64,000 bases of DNA from a virus (taxonomy: Duplodnaviria > Heunggongvirae > Uroviricota > Caudoviricetes): positions 94,796 through 158,795 of the IMG/VR virus record IMGVR_UViG_3300049044_000033. One strand, written 5' to 3'. The translations under genes were made by a program, and so were the position numbers. The stretch's first letter is position 1. Every line of letters starts with the position of its first letter. Positions 63,919 through 64,000 of the stretch are shown here, piece by piece. The notes under the pieces are model-generated. The model saw nothing but the letters and a program-made list of their open reading frames with translations. It did no database searches and had not been told where the DNA came from.

Positions 63919-64000
63919 TCTCGATCTCCTTGTTTGCGTTTCGTGTATCCACATTAGCAGATAATAGGCATGCGTCAACCGCTTTTTGGAAAATAGGTGC

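Larger units (their letters stand above)
1631..63980 (-). repeat. Dispersed family of ~50 promoter+RBS cassettes (GGTTGAC-N-CACCTAT-N-TGCTA(A/T)-N-ACAGGAGATCGAAAATG), many with an internal inverted repeat
   Basis: Copies read by eye at ~1640, 3905, 5870, 6705, 7450, 7715, 8610, 9145, 9765, 10035, 10920, 11336, 11586, 12040, 12360, 13635, 14066, 14625, 14850, 15313, 16584, 16881, 20252, 25875, 38165, 42807, 53616, 56879, 60316, 63919, plus leaderless variants. Confidence 0.9.

Noticed and set aside
224-63964. Numerous + strand ORFs in the track (e.g. 6165..6746, 13275..13826, 17735..18265, 63467..63964)
   Set aside because: Antisense shadows of well-supported minus-strand genes; no RBS or motifs
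1631-63980. CRISPR array or integron attC interpretation of the dispersed repeats
   Set aside because: Repeats are degenerate, gene-spaced and contain -35/-10/SD elements; no cas or integrase gene and no attC core sites seen
1-64000. Genome-wide TAG reassignment
   Set aside because: Conserved and late genes here are uninterrupted under code 11, and several TAGs end genes just before terminators or promoters

Overview
This is a 64-kb accessory/early region of a large (jumbo-type) dsDNA phage. The host is probably alphaproteobacterial, suggested by an alpha-type class I LysRS and a Sphingomonas-like glycine-zipper protein. About 150 mostly short genes run on the minus strand; a + strand island holds a tail fibre, a DUF4376-like protein and a permuted papain-like enzyme. 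Recognisable functions include NAD metabolism (NMNAT-PRTase fusion, NadE, NUDIX), translation/tRNA control (class I LysRS, Pth2, YqeY, S4-like, Mesh1-like HD, Rmf-like, tRNA-Ser(UGA), an amber-suppressor tRNA(CUA)) and nucleic-acid repair (AlkB, 2H phosphoesterase, PNK-type kinase, 3'-5' exonuclease). Also present are FtsK, an SF2 helicase, a double AAA+ ATPase and spanins. Four signals stand out. (1) About 50 sigma70-like promoter cassettes, many with an inverted repeat of variable sequence but fixed position that pairs the -35/-10 spacer with the RBS or start codon and leaves the -10 element in the loop. (2) An amber-suppressor tRNA plus a divergent phage LysRS1 in a window that is not TAG-recoded. 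(3) A tRNA-like RNA with a 24-nt anticodon loop and three candidate structured ncRNAs. (4) Many proteins ending in an 'A-x-x-F-K-L-x-W' motif. All calls are from motif recognition by eye; no database searches were run.
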